DNA of 28,179 bases, taken from the UHGV virus genome UHGV-0383551, one strand, 5' to 3'. The notes under the pieces are model-generated. The model made no database searches. It was not told the DNA's origin and saw nothing but the letters and a program-made list of their open reading frames with translations. How positions within the stretch are numbered: position 1 is the first letter of the stretch; each line of letters starts with the position of its first letter. The stretch comes from a virus. Both the position numbers and the translations under genes were made by a program. Below, one piece after another: positions 5,209-16,096 of this stretch.

Positions 5209-7683
5209 TTATTGCGGAGTGACATCCTGTGGTCGCCACCAGTATGTCTGGTTAAACTCTTTCTTCGAACGTTGCTCCATTTTACGCAAATAGCCTGGTG
5301 AAAAATACTCCTGCATCTGGTTAAAGATCATGTGATCGAGAGCCGCCTTCAAGTACCAGAGATTCGCACCAGGCATCAAACCTTTCCCCAGCTTCACCAG
5401 ATCACCACCAGTCTGCTCACTCTTCCCTTCCACAGCATTTAACGGTATGCCCTGAGCAATCTTCACTACGTCATCAACCAGACCAGCTACCGGGCCAAGC
5501 ATCGACGCCAGCGCGCCGCTTCCGTACCTAGTGTGATCTGACAATAAAAAGTCACCGTAAAGGCCAAGACCACCACCTTTCAGTAGAGCACCAAGCCAGA
5601 ATTTTGCGGCATCTTCTCCTGTCATCTCTCGAGGATTACGACCAGACGCAAGGTCGTTAAGTTGCTGCGACAAAGCGCCAAGAATGGTCGTACTGGCAAT
5701 AAACGTCGCAATATATGCCGCACGCCCACCAGCAGACGGCATACCCATAGCGCGTGACCAGTGACGCATAACAACCGAGATAGGGAACGATTTAAACAGG
5801 AAAACACTTCTCGTTAATTCACCTTTCCATGTTCCACGCTGAATACCAGAACCGGTTATCAGTTGCTCACGTGCTCCCGGTGTAATAACAGCCATATCAA
5901 CTTCTTCAGTTACGGCACCGAGCAGTTTACGCATTGCCTCAAATTTCACGCGTTCAGGCTCACCAAGATGTTTAACTGCTGAATCAGAGATACGCATAAT
6001 GCTTTCCGGTGTCAGCATCGTATTATTACCGTTCCCCCAGTCCTCCTGTTTCGCCAGCTTCCATACGCTCCAGTCTGTGTCAGTAATCCCTTTGCTTTTC
6101 AGGATACGAAAATCAGAGTCATCGAGGCTACGAAGGTCTGGTGTCCGTGACACTACTTCTCCCAGGCTTCCCATCATGGTTACGCCATAGGCGCGCTTGT
6201 GCGCATCTGACCATGCTGTAAGCCCACTGGCACGCATTACCGCCGTTGCCGCCCAACGAGACACTGACGGCCCCATATTATCCATCGCCCAGCGGTTAAC
6301 GCTGCCAAGTAGAGATTCCATCGCCAGACCAGCGCGGCGCGCCCGCGCAAGTTCTGTACGGTTCGTTGGGTCCATAGCTTCAAGCTGGTTGCGGAATAAC
6401 TGGTTCATTGGAAGGTTGGTAACCTTCGCAGACAGATACATGGTTCCAAGATCAGAGAACGATGACAGCAACGCGGATCCGAGTCTGCTGGCAACCAGCC
6501 AGTTGCGGATATTGTCAGACCATCGCGCGATGTGCGGATTCGCTACAGGCTGTGTCTTTCCGGAAATAAAGTTGTACAGATTCTCTGTGTTGTTCGCCAG
6601 CCGCTCGACTTTACCGGTTTTACTCGGGTTAGCTGTTGCCGTTTCTGCCTTCACCTGATCAAGAAGAGAGCGGAAAACATGATCGGGGTTTGGGCCATAT
6701 GTTTCCACCAGTGCAATATCTTTACTGATACCTTCCAGGTGACCGACCATGATTTCCCATAGAGAGCGATCGCCATAAAGTTGCTGATATTGCAGATAGG
6801 AATCTGCATCTTTGAAATGTATCTGTCGTGATGCATTACCACGGTTAGCACGTGCGCCGGAAATTCGCATTCCGGTATCAGTAAGCTTATTCAGCCCACC
6901 AGTAGCGATCGTGTTATAAGCCTCTCCAAGAAATGAAGACAACTCGGCATCGTTCATCAGTTGTCCATCGGCTCGGATATAATATTTGCGATCCAGCTTA
7001 CCTATAACATCGCTAACCCACTTATCCTTTGATACTGCCCCAACCTTTTCCATAGAATGATGTTGAGGGATCCCCCAGTTTTCGAGATAGCCAATGTCCC
7101 CACCAGCATCATTAAACCGGCGGCGCAGCAGCTCTGTAACTTCTCTCCACGCCTTAGCACCGTTTCTTGCTTTAGCATTGCCAGTATTTTGCCCCCGCAT
7201 TTCATATACCAGGTCACGTACGCCCGCTTCATCTTCAAACAGACCAAAAAAGCGAGGATCAACTGCTTCGAATGCCTCCTGCAATTGACTCAATGCATAA
7301 TCACGGGTGGCTTTTGTTCTGGATTCAACAGAGAGGAAATTAGATTTACCGTCTGCATTAAAAGCTATAGTACGGTTAAGAGCGCCAAGTTTCCCATCAG
7401 CCCCTTGATAGCTATTGATAAATTTATCCAATCTCTGACGCGCGGCTATAGTGAGAGCCACACGACGTTTCTTTAATGCCGCTTCTCGCTGTAATTCTTC
7501 AGATGCCAATTGTGCTGCTCGATATAGCCGCTCTGATTCGGAAAGTTGTCGCCACGACATAGGGTCATCACGAGCAATGGAGCGCATATTTCGATAAATG
7601 CGGTCTTCAATGTTCTGTATTTCTCGCGCCGTTAACATGCGCTGCGCCGCCTGCTGAACCGCTTGTATACATTCCTGTCTCAT
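5209..7683 (-). CDS. Large internal virion / ejection protein (824 aa); by position, the distal part of a T7 gp16-like function
   Basis: Long ORF in the virion operon after the other internal proteins. Assignment is by synteny and size only. Confidence 0.5.
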   Translation of the reverse strand: MRQECIQAVQQAAQRMLTAREIQNIEDRIYRNMRSIARDDPMSWRQLSESERLYRAAQLASEELQREAALKKRRVALTIAARQRLDKFINSYQGADGKLGALNRTIAFNADGKSNFLSVESRTKATRDYALSQLQEAFEAVDPRFFGLFEDEAGVRDLVYEMRGQNTGNAKARNGAKAWREVTELLRRRFNDAGGDIGYLENWGIPQHHSMEKVGAVSKDKWVSDVIGKLDRKYYIRADGQLMNDAELSSFLGEAYNTIATGGLNKLTDTGMRISGARANRGNASRQIHFKDADSYLQYQQLYGDRSLWEIMVGHLEGISKDIALVETYGPNPDHVFRSLLDQVKAETATANPSKTGKVERLANNTENLYNFISGKTQPVANPHIARWSDNIRNWLVASRLGSALLSSFSDLGTMYLSAKVTNLPMNQLFRNQLEAMDPTNRTELARARRAGLAMESLLGSVNRWAMDNMGPSVSRWAATAVMRASGLTAWSDAHKRAYGVTMMGSLGEVVSRTPDLRSLDDSDFRILKSKGITDTDWSVWKLAKQEDWGNGNNTMLTPESIMRISDSAVKHLGEPERVKFEAMRKLLGAVTEEVDMAVITPGAREQLITGSGIQRGTWKGELTRSVFLFKSFPISVVMRHWSRAMGMPSAGGRAAYIATFIASTTILGALSQQLNDLASGRNPREMTGEDAAKFWLGALLKGGGLGLYGDFLLSDHTRYGSGALASMLGPVAGLVDDVVKIAQGIPLNAVEGKSEQTGGDLVKLGKGLMPGANLWYLKAALDHMIFNQMQEYFSPGYLRKMEQRSKKEFNQTYWWRPQDVTPQ

Positions 7684-7688
7684 TTAAT

Positions 7689-9491
7689 TTAACCTCTCAA
7701 GAAACACGCCACAGCGACATCAAACAGGCTGGAATCCTGTATTGCCTGCTCACTTTCCCTGTTCGCTTCATCCAGTGCTTCACGCGCACTGCGCGATTGT
7801 GGATTACCATCATCATCCAGCACGGTGATTATCATGTCAGGTGATTCAAGCAGCGAGTCTTCAGCTATGCGCAAATCAATATCTCCTGCCTGATCTGACA
7901 TCATTTTTTGTTCTGCCTGTTGCAATATTTTATCAGGCTCAAAAGGAGCTACTTCGTCTGGCGTCCTGACCTCTGCTGTTTTATAGAATGAAACAGCCTG
8001 AGCATTAAGTTCACTTTCTGCCTGCTGTCTCCGAGCCAGTTCTGCTCGAGCTTCAAAAAACTGACCGCCAGGCTCATGCGGTGCCAACGCGTTACGAGAA
8101 AATTCCAGGCGTTCTTGTGCCTGCCGGATTCGTTGGTCAATATCGCGAAGTCTGGCCTGTTTATCTGATCGAGCACGAGATAAAGCCTTACCGCTACCGG
8201 CTGGATCTTCTGCAAGAATTTGTGCGCGCTGTTCAGTGAGATTTTCAATAATTCGTTGGCTATTAGCGATTTCAGACTGGTAAACCTGTCTATCGCCACG
8301 CGGCAAAAGCTGCGCGGCCTGTTCTTCAAGCAACCGATTTTCTATAGCGCGCGCCGTTACTCCATCATCTACAGATGACAGAGCCTCATTAACTGCCTGA
8401 GACAGCAGACTCTTGCGTCCAGGAATTTCACTGAAAGATGCAGACTCAACAATGCTGGCAACGTCTACAGGTCTCCCCTGGCTAACATCAGACATGGCTT
8501 TTCGCAGAGCCTGAATGTGCGAATTACGCGAAAGCACGTTGATCGGCACGCCGGGAGCAATATCAATTTCAGCATGATGAGCGGCATTCGCCGCCAGTGC
8601 AGCATCGATATCAACTGGTGAAAAATTTGGTGCGCTTGTAGACTCGCCGCGAGAGTTAATAAATCTGCCGACACCACCAAACGCCACCCCAAGAACAGCA
8701 TCAATAGCAATTGCCTGTCGATCCAACACATCATACTGGTTAGCCATTTCGCTATAGCCACCATCACGAAGCGTTTTTGCAGTAAGCCCACGCTGTGCCA
8801 TACCGAACGCAATATTTGTACCTGCGGCATAGGCAATATCTGGCGTTGCACGTACTGCTGTTGCTGCGGCGCGTCGCACTGAACTTTCACCCGTCCGCGC
8901 AAGCTGAGCCGCCACACCTTCCGCCAGCGCACCACCAGCACGTAACCCGAGGCTCATAGGGATCAGTGTTCCGGCACCAGCAGTAATACCCTGCACTAAT
9001 CCCGCTTCCTGCGCCGTCCTGAAATCAACACCCTGTGCTGTAAGCCGTTCAAACTCAGAAAAACCCTGTAGAGAAGTTACCGCCGCAGCACCTCCGACCG
9101 GACCACCGAGCGTTGTACCGACAACAGCCTGCCCGCCCATATCGAACAACCCATAAAGGACCTGCCCGGCGGTTCCGGTTGTCGCGGCATCAGGCGTCAG
9201 CCGCTTAACCTGCTGCTCTGCTAGTTTTCTCTGCTCAGCAATGTATGAAACTGAAGTGTCATTGATCGAGGTGTTTTCGTTAACAAACTGAGCAATCGGG
9301 GATACGATTTTATCCATCCCTGCCCATAGCAACTGATCTGGCTTTGCCACCAGCCCGGAGTACAAACCAGACAATGCCGCTCCTACAGCATTGTCGAAAA
9401 AACCAACATCGCTGTTAAAACCAGCTGGATTTGATGCTGCTTCGTCAAGCTGCTGATTCTGGTTTACTGGATTAAGGCCAAAGTAACTCAT
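7689..9491 (-). CDS. Internal virion / ejection protein (600 aa) with a Gly/Ala-rich hydrophobic N-terminal third
   Basis: ORF overlapping the upstream gene by 4 nt. Composition is typical of membrane-interacting ejection proteins. No domain confirmed. Confidence 0.5.
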   Translation of the reverse strand: MSYFGLNPVNQNQQLDEAASNPAGFNSDVGFFDNAVGAALSGLYSGLVAKPDQLLWAGMDKIVSPIAQFVNENTSINDTSVSYIAEQRKLAEQQVKRLTPDAATTGTAGQVLYGLFDMGGQAVVGTTLGGPVGGAAAVTSLQGFSEFERLTAQGVDFRTAQEAGLVQGITAGAGTLIPMSLGLRAGGALAEGVAAQLARTGESSVRRAAATAVRATPDIAYAAGTNIAFGMAQRGLTAKTLRDGGYSEMANQYDVLDRQAIAIDAVLGVAFGGVGRFINSRGESTSAPNFSPVDIDAALAANAAHHAEIDIAPGVPINVLSRNSHIQALRKAMSDVSQGRPVDVASIVESASFSEIPGRKSLLSQAVNEALSSVDDGVTARAIENRLLEEQAAQLLPRGDRQVYQSEIANSQRIIENLTEQRAQILAEDPAGSGKALSRARSDKQARLRDIDQRIRQAQERLEFSRNALAPHEPGGQFFEARAELARRQQAESELNAQAVSFYKTAEVRTPDEVAPFEPDKILQQAEQKMMSDQAGDIDLRIAEDSLLESPDMIITVLDDDGNPQSRSAREALDEANRESEQAIQDSSLFDVAVACFLRG

Positions 9492-12001
9492 TGCGGAATA
9501 TCTCCGGAGAATCTCTGACGCTTCTGTGTCAGATTAAGAACAACGGGAGAACCATCATCTTTCAGCAGATAACCAGTACCAAGTTTCACCAGGTACTGAC
9601 TATCGCCGTAACTTTGCAAACCATACTGACCAGGCGGTGTTTTTATCCCGGAGCCGACAACTTGTTCATTCCAAGCCTGATTAACCTGCTTATCGAATTG
9701 CTCTGCAGACATTCCCCACGGCAAAAGGACATTCCCCATTCCGTTATAGTCATGCACGCCACCTGTAGCTACGTTAACAGCCTGTTTCCAGACATCATTG
9801 TCAATTTCGCCTGATACCACGCCTTTTTTCGCCATCACACCAGCGTAATAATCCTTTGCGATCTCGTATGCCATTGATGCGCCCTGAGCGTCACCAGCAA
9901 ATGCATCCTTCACCATGTCAGAAAACTCAAGGCGAAGATCAGCATCTTTAGGCATCGGAATACCTTTCGCATCATCAGTACCTTTACGAGCCGCCGCGCC
10001 AGCAAGAATTGTCTGCGCAGCGGTTTCAGGAGACACGGAAACATCCGGATTAAACCAGTTTTTTTCTGCCAAAATACCACCAGGCTTATCCATCAGTATC
10101 CCGGCAACGGCAGCAGATGGAGCGTTGGCACTGATCTGCTGTAGTGCTGACATATACACCTGCCCACCACCAGTGCTCTGCCTGATGGTATCGAGATATG
10201 CTGCCTGTTGGGAAACTGGAGCATCACGAAAGAAAACACCGATCTGATTGGCCTCGTCTTTGGAAAAGAACGTCAGTGGAGTGCCATATGACTTAGCAAG
10301 GTCACTGACCTGAGCGGCACGCAAGGCAACGCTCTGTCCAAAGTTATCCTTATTGCTCATGTCGATAGGCTTTGCCTGTCCGGAGGCAAGAGAGAACTGC
10401 ACAGGATCCGACTGCCGCTGCTTTATCACCTGATTTGCAGCCGAAACAACGTTGTCATAAAGAGTTGCGCGTGCCGCATACCCCTCCCCTGTATCACCAG
10501 TATCCGGGCGTAATTGCTCAACATATGCTGTAATGCTGCTTGTCGGCATGTTGCGGAAAGAGCCTATATACTGTCCGGCGATCTGCGTATTCTTAAACTC
10601 GGTATATCGCAGGTTTCCTTCTCTGACTCCATAAGCTGCAATAAAATCATCCTCACCAGGTGGGTTAGGAAATTCAATGCCACGCATATACGCAGCCGTC
10701 GCATCGCGAACCCGGCTGTCGAGCATCGTTTTATATTCAGCCTGCTGTTGTCTGGCTAGTGCATCAGTCTGTCGCAACACGCTGGCCTGATCTGATTCAC
10801 TTAAAGCATCGAACCAGGCTACACCGGTATAACGTTTATTTTTTGTCGGTAGCTGAGAAAGCCCCAGCGCAGCACTAACACCTGCAGTTAACTGCTGATC
10901 ACTGTATGGCTGGCTACCGTTTTCATGATGGATAATGGCTGCACAAAGCGCCTTCAGGGTATCAGGATTTGATGCATCGAGAGGCTCATCAGCAGAAACG
11001 CCAAGTTGTTCGCACACTGCTTTGATATACGACATAGTGTCATTTTTATCAGTAGGCGGTGCCCAGCGATTAATTATCTCGCTGACGGTATCAATACCCT
11101 GCCGCTGATACGACATCAGGTTCCGCCCTAATGCACGAATACCGTGTTCAGGGGTTTCGAATTTGGCAAAGCGACCATCATCACCAGTCTGCCCAACCCA
11201 CGGATTAGTTTTGCTGTATTCAAGATTGCCGGGGTTATTGTTGCGTATACCGCGGGTACGATCGGAAGAGCCACTATCTGCTACAGCACGGCGAGAACCA
11301 GCAGCAGTATCGCTTAACTCGCCGTTTTGCTGTCTTACCTGAAGATAGTTTGCTCCAATAGCATTTTGAGCAGTTGCTTTTGCTGTTGCTTCTTTAAACT
11401 CGATTTTCTTGGCCTGGATTTGCTCGTCACTCCAGCCATGTGCAATGCCGTAATCCTCAATTTGCTGGAAAGTTTGCTTATTAGCCAATACGTATGCGGC
11501 GTTGTCGCCATACAATGCTGCGGCATTTTTACCATTGTTCAGCAGCGTAGCCTGAAACTGGCCTTCTTCGTAGGCATTTATTTGCCCTATCTCGTGCCGC
11601 CCGGCCTGCGTAGTGAACTGAATGCGCTGCTGCTGCGCCTGCTGCATGAAAGCATTACGAGCCTGTTCATCCGGCAGCGACATAGCCAGTTGTTCGACCT
11701 GAGCATCAAACTGCTGCGTATACTCCTGACCTTTTCCAATAGCATTTTTCCCTTTCAGGTTAAGCAAACCTGTTTCAGGATTATTCAGCAGATCGCTGCT
11801 TATCTGGCTTAAGCTAAGAGAAGCATCCTGAGCCATAGCAACATTCGCACGCTGTTTTGCCTGCGCAATAATACCTGCATATTGCTCTGCAACATCGCCA
11901 AGTACATCACCGACATTTGGTGTCTGAAACGATGAGAATCCCTGCGTCGAAATCCCTCTGCTCTGAACCTGACGGCCCGATGTTGTTGGTACAACTGGCA
12001 T
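9488..12001 (-). CDS. Internal virion protein (837 aa), gp15-like by position; contains motif RGIRNNNPGNLEYSKTNPWVGQ
   Basis: Long ORF; synteny with the T7-like core module. The motif looks conserved but I cannot assign it to a named domain from memory. Confidence 0.5.
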   Translation of the reverse strand: MPVVPTTSGRQVQSRGISTQGFSSFQTPNVGDVLGDVAEQYAGIIAQAKQRANVAMAQDASLSLSQISSDLLNNPETGLLNLKGKNAIGKGQEYTQQFDAQVEQLAMSLPDEQARNAFMQQAQQQRIQFTTQAGRHEIGQINAYEEGQFQATLLNNGKNAAALYGDNAAYVLANKQTFQQIEDYGIAHGWSDEQIQAKKIEFKEATAKATAQNAIGANYLQVRQQNGELSDTAAGSRRAVADSGSSDRTRGIRNNNPGNLEYSKTNPWVGQTGDDGRFAKFETPEHGIRALGRNLMSYQRQGIDTVSEIINRWAPPTDKNDTMSYIKAVCEQLGVSADEPLDASNPDTLKALCAAIIHHENGSQPYSDQQLTAGVSAALGLSQLPTKNKRYTGVAWFDALSESDQASVLRQTDALARQQQAEYKTMLDSRVRDATAAYMRGIEFPNPPGEDDFIAAYGVREGNLRYTEFKNTQIAGQYIGSFRNMPTSSITAYVEQLRPDTGDTGEGYAARATLYDNVVSAANQVIKQRQSDPVQFSLASGQAKPIDMSNKDNFGQSVALRAAQVSDLAKSYGTPLTFFSKDEANQIGVFFRDAPVSQQAAYLDTIRQSTGGGQVYMSALQQISANAPSAAVAGILMDKPGGILAEKNWFNPDVSVSPETAAQTILAGAAARKGTDDAKGIPMPKDADLRLEFSDMVKDAFAGDAQGASMAYEIAKDYYAGVMAKKGVVSGEIDNDVWKQAVNVATGGVHDYNGMGNVLLPWGMSAEQFDKQVNQAWNEQVVGSGIKTPPGQYGLQSYGDSQYLVKLGTGYLLKDDGSPVVLNLTQKRQRFSGDIPQ

Positions 12002-12013
12002 CTTATTATCCCC

Positions 12014-12553
12014 TTATCGACCGGTTGGAGTGCCAACAGCAGCAGAAATCGGCGCAGCCTTCTGAGAGAACGGGCTCCACGTTCCGCCGCCCATCTGGTA
12101 TGCACCGTATGCTTTTAGTGGTGCCGTTAACAAAGTGCTGGTCATCGATGATTTAGCAGCCGACTGAGCAGCAGCCCCCTGTGCCTGAGCATTCATTCCC
12201 TGAACCTGATACCCATATGCCTCACGCTGAGCATTATTCACTGTCGTTAACGCATCAAGAGTGCCGAACTGAGCATTATCCGCAAAAACGTCAAGAGCTG
12301 TTCCGCTACTTAATTCCGCACCGGTAGCCCCCATAGTGGCCGCCGCAGTGCCTGAGCGTTGACGCATTTCACGACGACGCTGATCCGCTTCAATATTCCC
12401 ACGATTGATTGAATCCTGTGCCTGAGCTTCAGCAATTTCAGCATTCCGATCAGCTATGGCTGACTGGTATTTTGCCTGCTTGCTCTGGCTGTACATTGAC
12501 GCGGCTGTGGATGCCACTGTGACGGCAACCAAAGCGATGGCTGGGTTACACAT
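12014..12553 (-). CDS. Internal virion protein (179 aa) with an N-terminal transmembrane helix and an Ala/Gln-rich body; gp14-like by position
   Basis: ORF; hydrophobic N-terminus MCNPAIALVAVTVASTAASMY; synteny. Confidence 0.45.
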   Translation of the reverse strand: MCNPAIALVAVTVASTAASMYSQSKQAKYQSAIADRNAEIAEAQAQDSINRGNIEADQRRREMRQRSGTAAATMGATGAELSSGTALDVFADNAQFGTLDALTTVNNAQREAYGYQVQGMNAQAQGAAAQSAAKSSMTSTLLTAPLKAYGAYQMGGGTWSPFSQKAAPISAAVGTPTGR

Positions 12554-13017
12554 TATTTTCTCTCCATGTGAAATCTGTGGAAATTAAGACCAAGAGCACC
12601 ATAAGGCGCGGCTTCTTCAAGCCTGAATCCAAGCCAGTGCAGCCATGCTTTGGCAACATGGTTTCGCTCGTCGACGTAGTTTTCCAGGCGCGGATAAACT
12701 GCCAGCATCTGCTGCAATACAGGGCGGCAGTGGCGAAGAAATGTCTTCTGATATTTTTCAATACGGCTGGTTCCTACCAGCCAGGGCGTACCATTGCCAC
12801 CGATCATTGACGCCGGAGATACGCCAAACATGGTTACCAGTTCTCCGTTCGCAAATCCTGACCAGGCCATAGTCGCAGTACGCAGACCAACACGCAGCGC
12901 ATCTTCGGTAGTCATCAGTGATACCGCATACAGTTCGTCAATATCAGCCTGACGAACATCCGGCAAAATCATCTGAAGATGCTCTTCGGTTGCGGGAATA
13001 ATTTGAACATCGATCAT
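12553..13017 (-). CDS. Small internal virion protein (154 aa), gp13-like by position
   Basis: ORF whose start and stop overlap the neighbouring genes; synteny only. Confidence 0.45.
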   Translation of the reverse strand: MIDVQIIPATEEHLQMILPDVRQADIDELYAVSLMTTEDALRVGLRTATMAWSGFANGELVTMFGVSPASMIGGNGTPWLVGTSRIEKYQKTFLRHCRPVLQQMLAVYPRLENYVDERNHVAKAWLHWLGFRLEEAAPYGALGLNFHRFHMERK

Positions 13018-15488
13018 CAGAACCCACCAACAGTAAGGCGAGGAATAACGGCAAGAACAGACAGCGGCAACGGATCAAGCTGACGGATTTTTACACGTCC
13101 GTTTTTTCCCCAGTTACTGTCCAGTTTCACTTCTACTTTTCCGGTAGCATCATCAACAGGATCATCGTAGAACTCGAATTCACGCTGTGGATATTCGTAC
13201 CATTTACCGCCGGGCGTAGTCGCCCAGATGCCGCGACTGGCATTCACAACCAGAGTAACGGAGGGGATCACCTGTTTTTTGTCCAGCAGCGTTTCCTGTC
13301 CGTTAATGTTGATATCCAGTGTTTCGAATTCAGCAGTTATTGGCAGGCCGATGTGCACTACAGCCCCCGGAGATTCCAGCGTGACGGCACCTCCGGAAAC
13401 CACTTTCTGTGGTTCCACGTTCGCATCAGAGAGAATGTTTACGGTCTGGCCTTCAAGATGAGACAGGCCTCCAAATGTCCGGCGCGCCATCTGCCAGTTC
13501 GTGGTGGCCACATTCCTGAGGGATGGCGGGACGTTCCTGTTAGCACGAACCACTACAGCGGTATTGCTGGTTACAGAAATAATGTCGCAACGTAATTCTT
13601 TTGACACCTCATCGCCAGTATCAGGATCAGTTCCGGTATAAGGGAACTGTAGTTGCGCGCCGACATCACTACTGGTGAAGTACGCACCACCAGAAACACT
13701 GATTGTATATTCCGCGCGGTAATCCCATTCGCCAGAACCACCAGTGATGATCATCGTTCTGTCAGACGTATTTCTTCCATCATAGCTAAGGCCAGAATCA
13801 ACAAAGAAAGCATCTTCATCGCTGGTAAATAAACGGCTGGACAGTCGCTCGATGTATCTCACTGTTTGCCCGTTAACGGTTCGGTTAACGACGAAATACA
13901 CCGCATCTTCATTGCCTTCGCTGATACTGCATGTGCTTTCATATTTTCCGGTACTGGATTGTGGTGCCCATGCAAAAACCTGCTGATCACGCAAATAGGT
14001 CATCACCAGTAATTTACCGTCATCACGGATGCAGAAGGCGCTGGAGTAAGGGACTATTGAGAAGCACCAGTCAACAATGCTGTGCTTCTGAAAAAGATGA
14101 TTGGCAAGGATAGTAAGGTCGTTCCCCTGATAGCCGTCAACATCGAATGAGTAGGCCAGATCACGGACAACACTGCCTTTCTCCTGGACGAACAGAGCAA
14201 TATTCGCCACGGCAATTGGTGGGACATTGCTCGAGCCATTTGATCCCTGAGAGCTGAATGCAAATGATGATGGGGTAAGCACTTTGTTCTGGTCGCCAGT
14301 GATGACGTACTCACCTCCGGAAGTCAGCGCCACCAGCGAACCAACATCAATCAGGTGACGGATCTCATTAACCTGACGCCCGGCATAGGTGTAGATAATT
14401 CTGTCGTCATCCTGCGTAGGATTGCTTTTGCCAAAATCCTTATAATCCCCAGTACGGCTGGCCCAGATAGTCTGAGGGAACGCAGTCGATGCGGCGAAGT
14501 AAAGACGCTGTTGATAATAAACAACAGTGCCAGGATAACCATTAACACTGTTCCAGGCATATTTAGCCCATTTATAGCTGGCATTATCCTCGCCAACGAC
14601 CTGCGAAGGGATATAGGAAATCACCTCGGCAGTTGCAGTAGTGCCGTTTACAGCAGTGATACGGGTAATGCCAAAACCACTGTGCAGATACTCCCACTCA
14701 ATGCCAGTATCATCATCACCGGATCCGCCCCAGCCATCCCATGATGTGCCTTCTGTATGCGAAGGGCGCAAAGTACCTGTTTTGCCTGCTGTAACGGCGC
14801 GATAGTAGTTACTGTCTGCACGGCGAATATCGCCAATCGACGTACTCTTACTGGTTTCCCATACCGGCACAGAATCCACTGCAGGCTGTTCCAGATAGAA
14901 CAATTTGCCTACCTGCTCCGCGCCAAAAATAGAGGCGCTTGCCGTTAACGTAATTGTCCCGGTGCTGGCGCTGGCATAAACCGTCACTGACTCGTCAATA
15001 TTGATATCTTCAAATGGCCCGTTCTTCGTTACCACATCAACCAGTTGCCAGTTGTCATGCGCATAGCGGCGCAACTCTTTCGGCGGGTATGCCGGATGAA
15101 CCAGCGTAAGCACGTCTGCGCTTTGCGTGAATTTAATTCGGAACAGATCGGTTTCAGTATATGGCGTGGAAATTTCATAAATAACATTGCTGCTGTTCAG
15201 CACCAACGCACCATCTTTGATAACGCGCATATACTGGTGTCCGAACTCCAGAGCATAAGTCTGAACCGTCGAGAACTGGAACGGGATCAGGCGGCATTTC
15301 CGATTTGGGTATTTGGCGGCACCGACAAAACGCGTACCAGGTCGATTCTCAACTCCGCCATACTGCCGCACGATAAAGTTATCGCACTTGCGCAATGCCA
15401 CCTGGTACTTCGCCATGTCGATACGACCGTACAACGACGGTCCAATCTCACCACCGGCAAAGCTGGGCTGGATCCAACTGATAGCCAT
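13017..15488 (-). CDS. Tail tubular protein B-like (nozzle), 823 aa
   Basis: Size and position match T7 gp12 (794 aa) directly after a roughly 200-aa protein. Inference from synteny. Confidence 0.5.
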   Translation of the reverse strand: MAISWIQPSFAGGEIGPSLYGRIDMAKYQVALRKCDNFIVRQYGGVENRPGTRFVGAAKYPNRKCRLIPFQFSTVQTYALEFGHQYMRVIKDGALVLNSSNVIYEISTPYTETDLFRIKFTQSADVLTLVHPAYPPKELRRYAHDNWQLVDVVTKNGPFEDINIDESVTVYASASTGTITLTASASIFGAEQVGKLFYLEQPAVDSVPVWETSKSTSIGDIRRADSNYYRAVTAGKTGTLRPSHTEGTSWDGWGGSGDDDTGIEWEYLHSGFGITRITAVNGTTATAEVISYIPSQVVGEDNASYKWAKYAWNSVNGYPGTVVYYQQRLYFAASTAFPQTIWASRTGDYKDFGKSNPTQDDDRIIYTYAGRQVNEIRHLIDVGSLVALTSGGEYVITGDQNKVLTPSSFAFSSQGSNGSSNVPPIAVANIALFVQEKGSVVRDLAYSFDVDGYQGNDLTILANHLFQKHSIVDWCFSIVPYSSAFCIRDDGKLLVMTYLRDQQVFAWAPQSSTGKYESTCSISEGNEDAVYFVVNRTVNGQTVRYIERLSSRLFTSDEDAFFVDSGLSYDGRNTSDRTMIITGGSGEWDYRAEYTISVSGGAYFTSSDVGAQLQFPYTGTDPDTGDEVSKELRCDIISVTSNTAVVVRANRNVPPSLRNVATTNWQMARRTFGGLSHLEGQTVNILSDANVEPQKVVSGGAVTLESPGAVVHIGLPITAEFETLDININGQETLLDKKQVIPSVTLVVNASRGIWATTPGGKWYEYPQREFEFYDDPVDDATGKVEVKLDSNWGKNGRVKIRQLDPLPLSVLAVIPRLTVGGF

Positions 15489-16096
15489 CAGGACAACCTC
15501 GCAATGGTAAACTCGTCAACCGGTGGCAGTGGTTCCTGTGATTCATTCTGGCTATGCGAGCCAGCACTAAGAATCACGCGATTGTACATATTGAGGGCAA
15601 ACGTACCGAGGTCTGCATTCCCAGTCAGCGCCATGTTAATAGCTGCCGCAAGACGCCAGGCCAACGCCTCCATAAAAATGGCATCAAACATGTTCACATC
15701 TGAAACGCGAGAGACATACTTGAGCCATGCCTGCGGCTGGTCTGTGTAGATCAACTTTCCTGTTCCGTTGGTGTCTGCACCAACTTCGTACTGAACGCGC
15801 ATTGCTGCTGTTGGATTGCGTACACCAGGAAGCATAATTTCAGTAATGCGCAGACAATCGGACGGGTACTGATACGCATATTCCCAGTCAGGCGGTGGAT
15901 TGCTCGTATCTGCAAGCGCCACGCGTTTGGTAGCAAAGTTCCAGTCAAAATCAGAAAGCACAGCATCACGGCAGGCCTCAAAGTGCAGCGAACATTCCCC
16001 CGCTTCCTTGCTGGCTTCCGTCAGGCTGTTAATGCTGCGGCTATTGCCAATATTGGACAGCGCACGATTACAGATCTCTACTACAGAGGCCATCAC
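15488..16096 (-). CDS. Tail tubular protein A-like / head-tail adaptor, 202 aa
   Basis: Size and position match T7 gp11 (196 aa). Inference from synteny. Confidence 0.45.
   Translation of the reverse strand: MMASVVEICNRALSNIGNSRSINSLTEASKEAGECSLHFEACRDAVLSDFDWNFATKRVALADTSNPPPDWEYAYQYPSDCLRITEIMLPGVRNPTAAMRVQYEVGADTNGTGKLIYTDQPQAWLKYVSRVSDVNMFDAIFMEALAWRLAAAINMALTGNADLGTFALNMYNRVILSAGSHSQNESQEPLPPVDEFTIARLS

Noticed and set aside
5037-5225. Track ORF of 62 aa taken as the real gene at the end of the virion operon
   Set aside because: It has no RBS and starts inside the upstream gene. The alternative 40-codon frame (5075-5197) has a strong, correctly spaced AAGGAG. The choice is not certain, so the uncertainty is recorded in the feature.
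6197-6658. Plus-strand ORFs (153 aa and others) inside the 824-aa internal virion gene
   Set aside because: They are embedded antisense in a long, well-supported minus-strand ORF.
15045-15749. 234-aa plus-strand ORF antisense to the tail tubular genes
   Set aside because: Antisense to two tightly coupled virion genes, with no RBS and low-complexity composition; treated as spurious.
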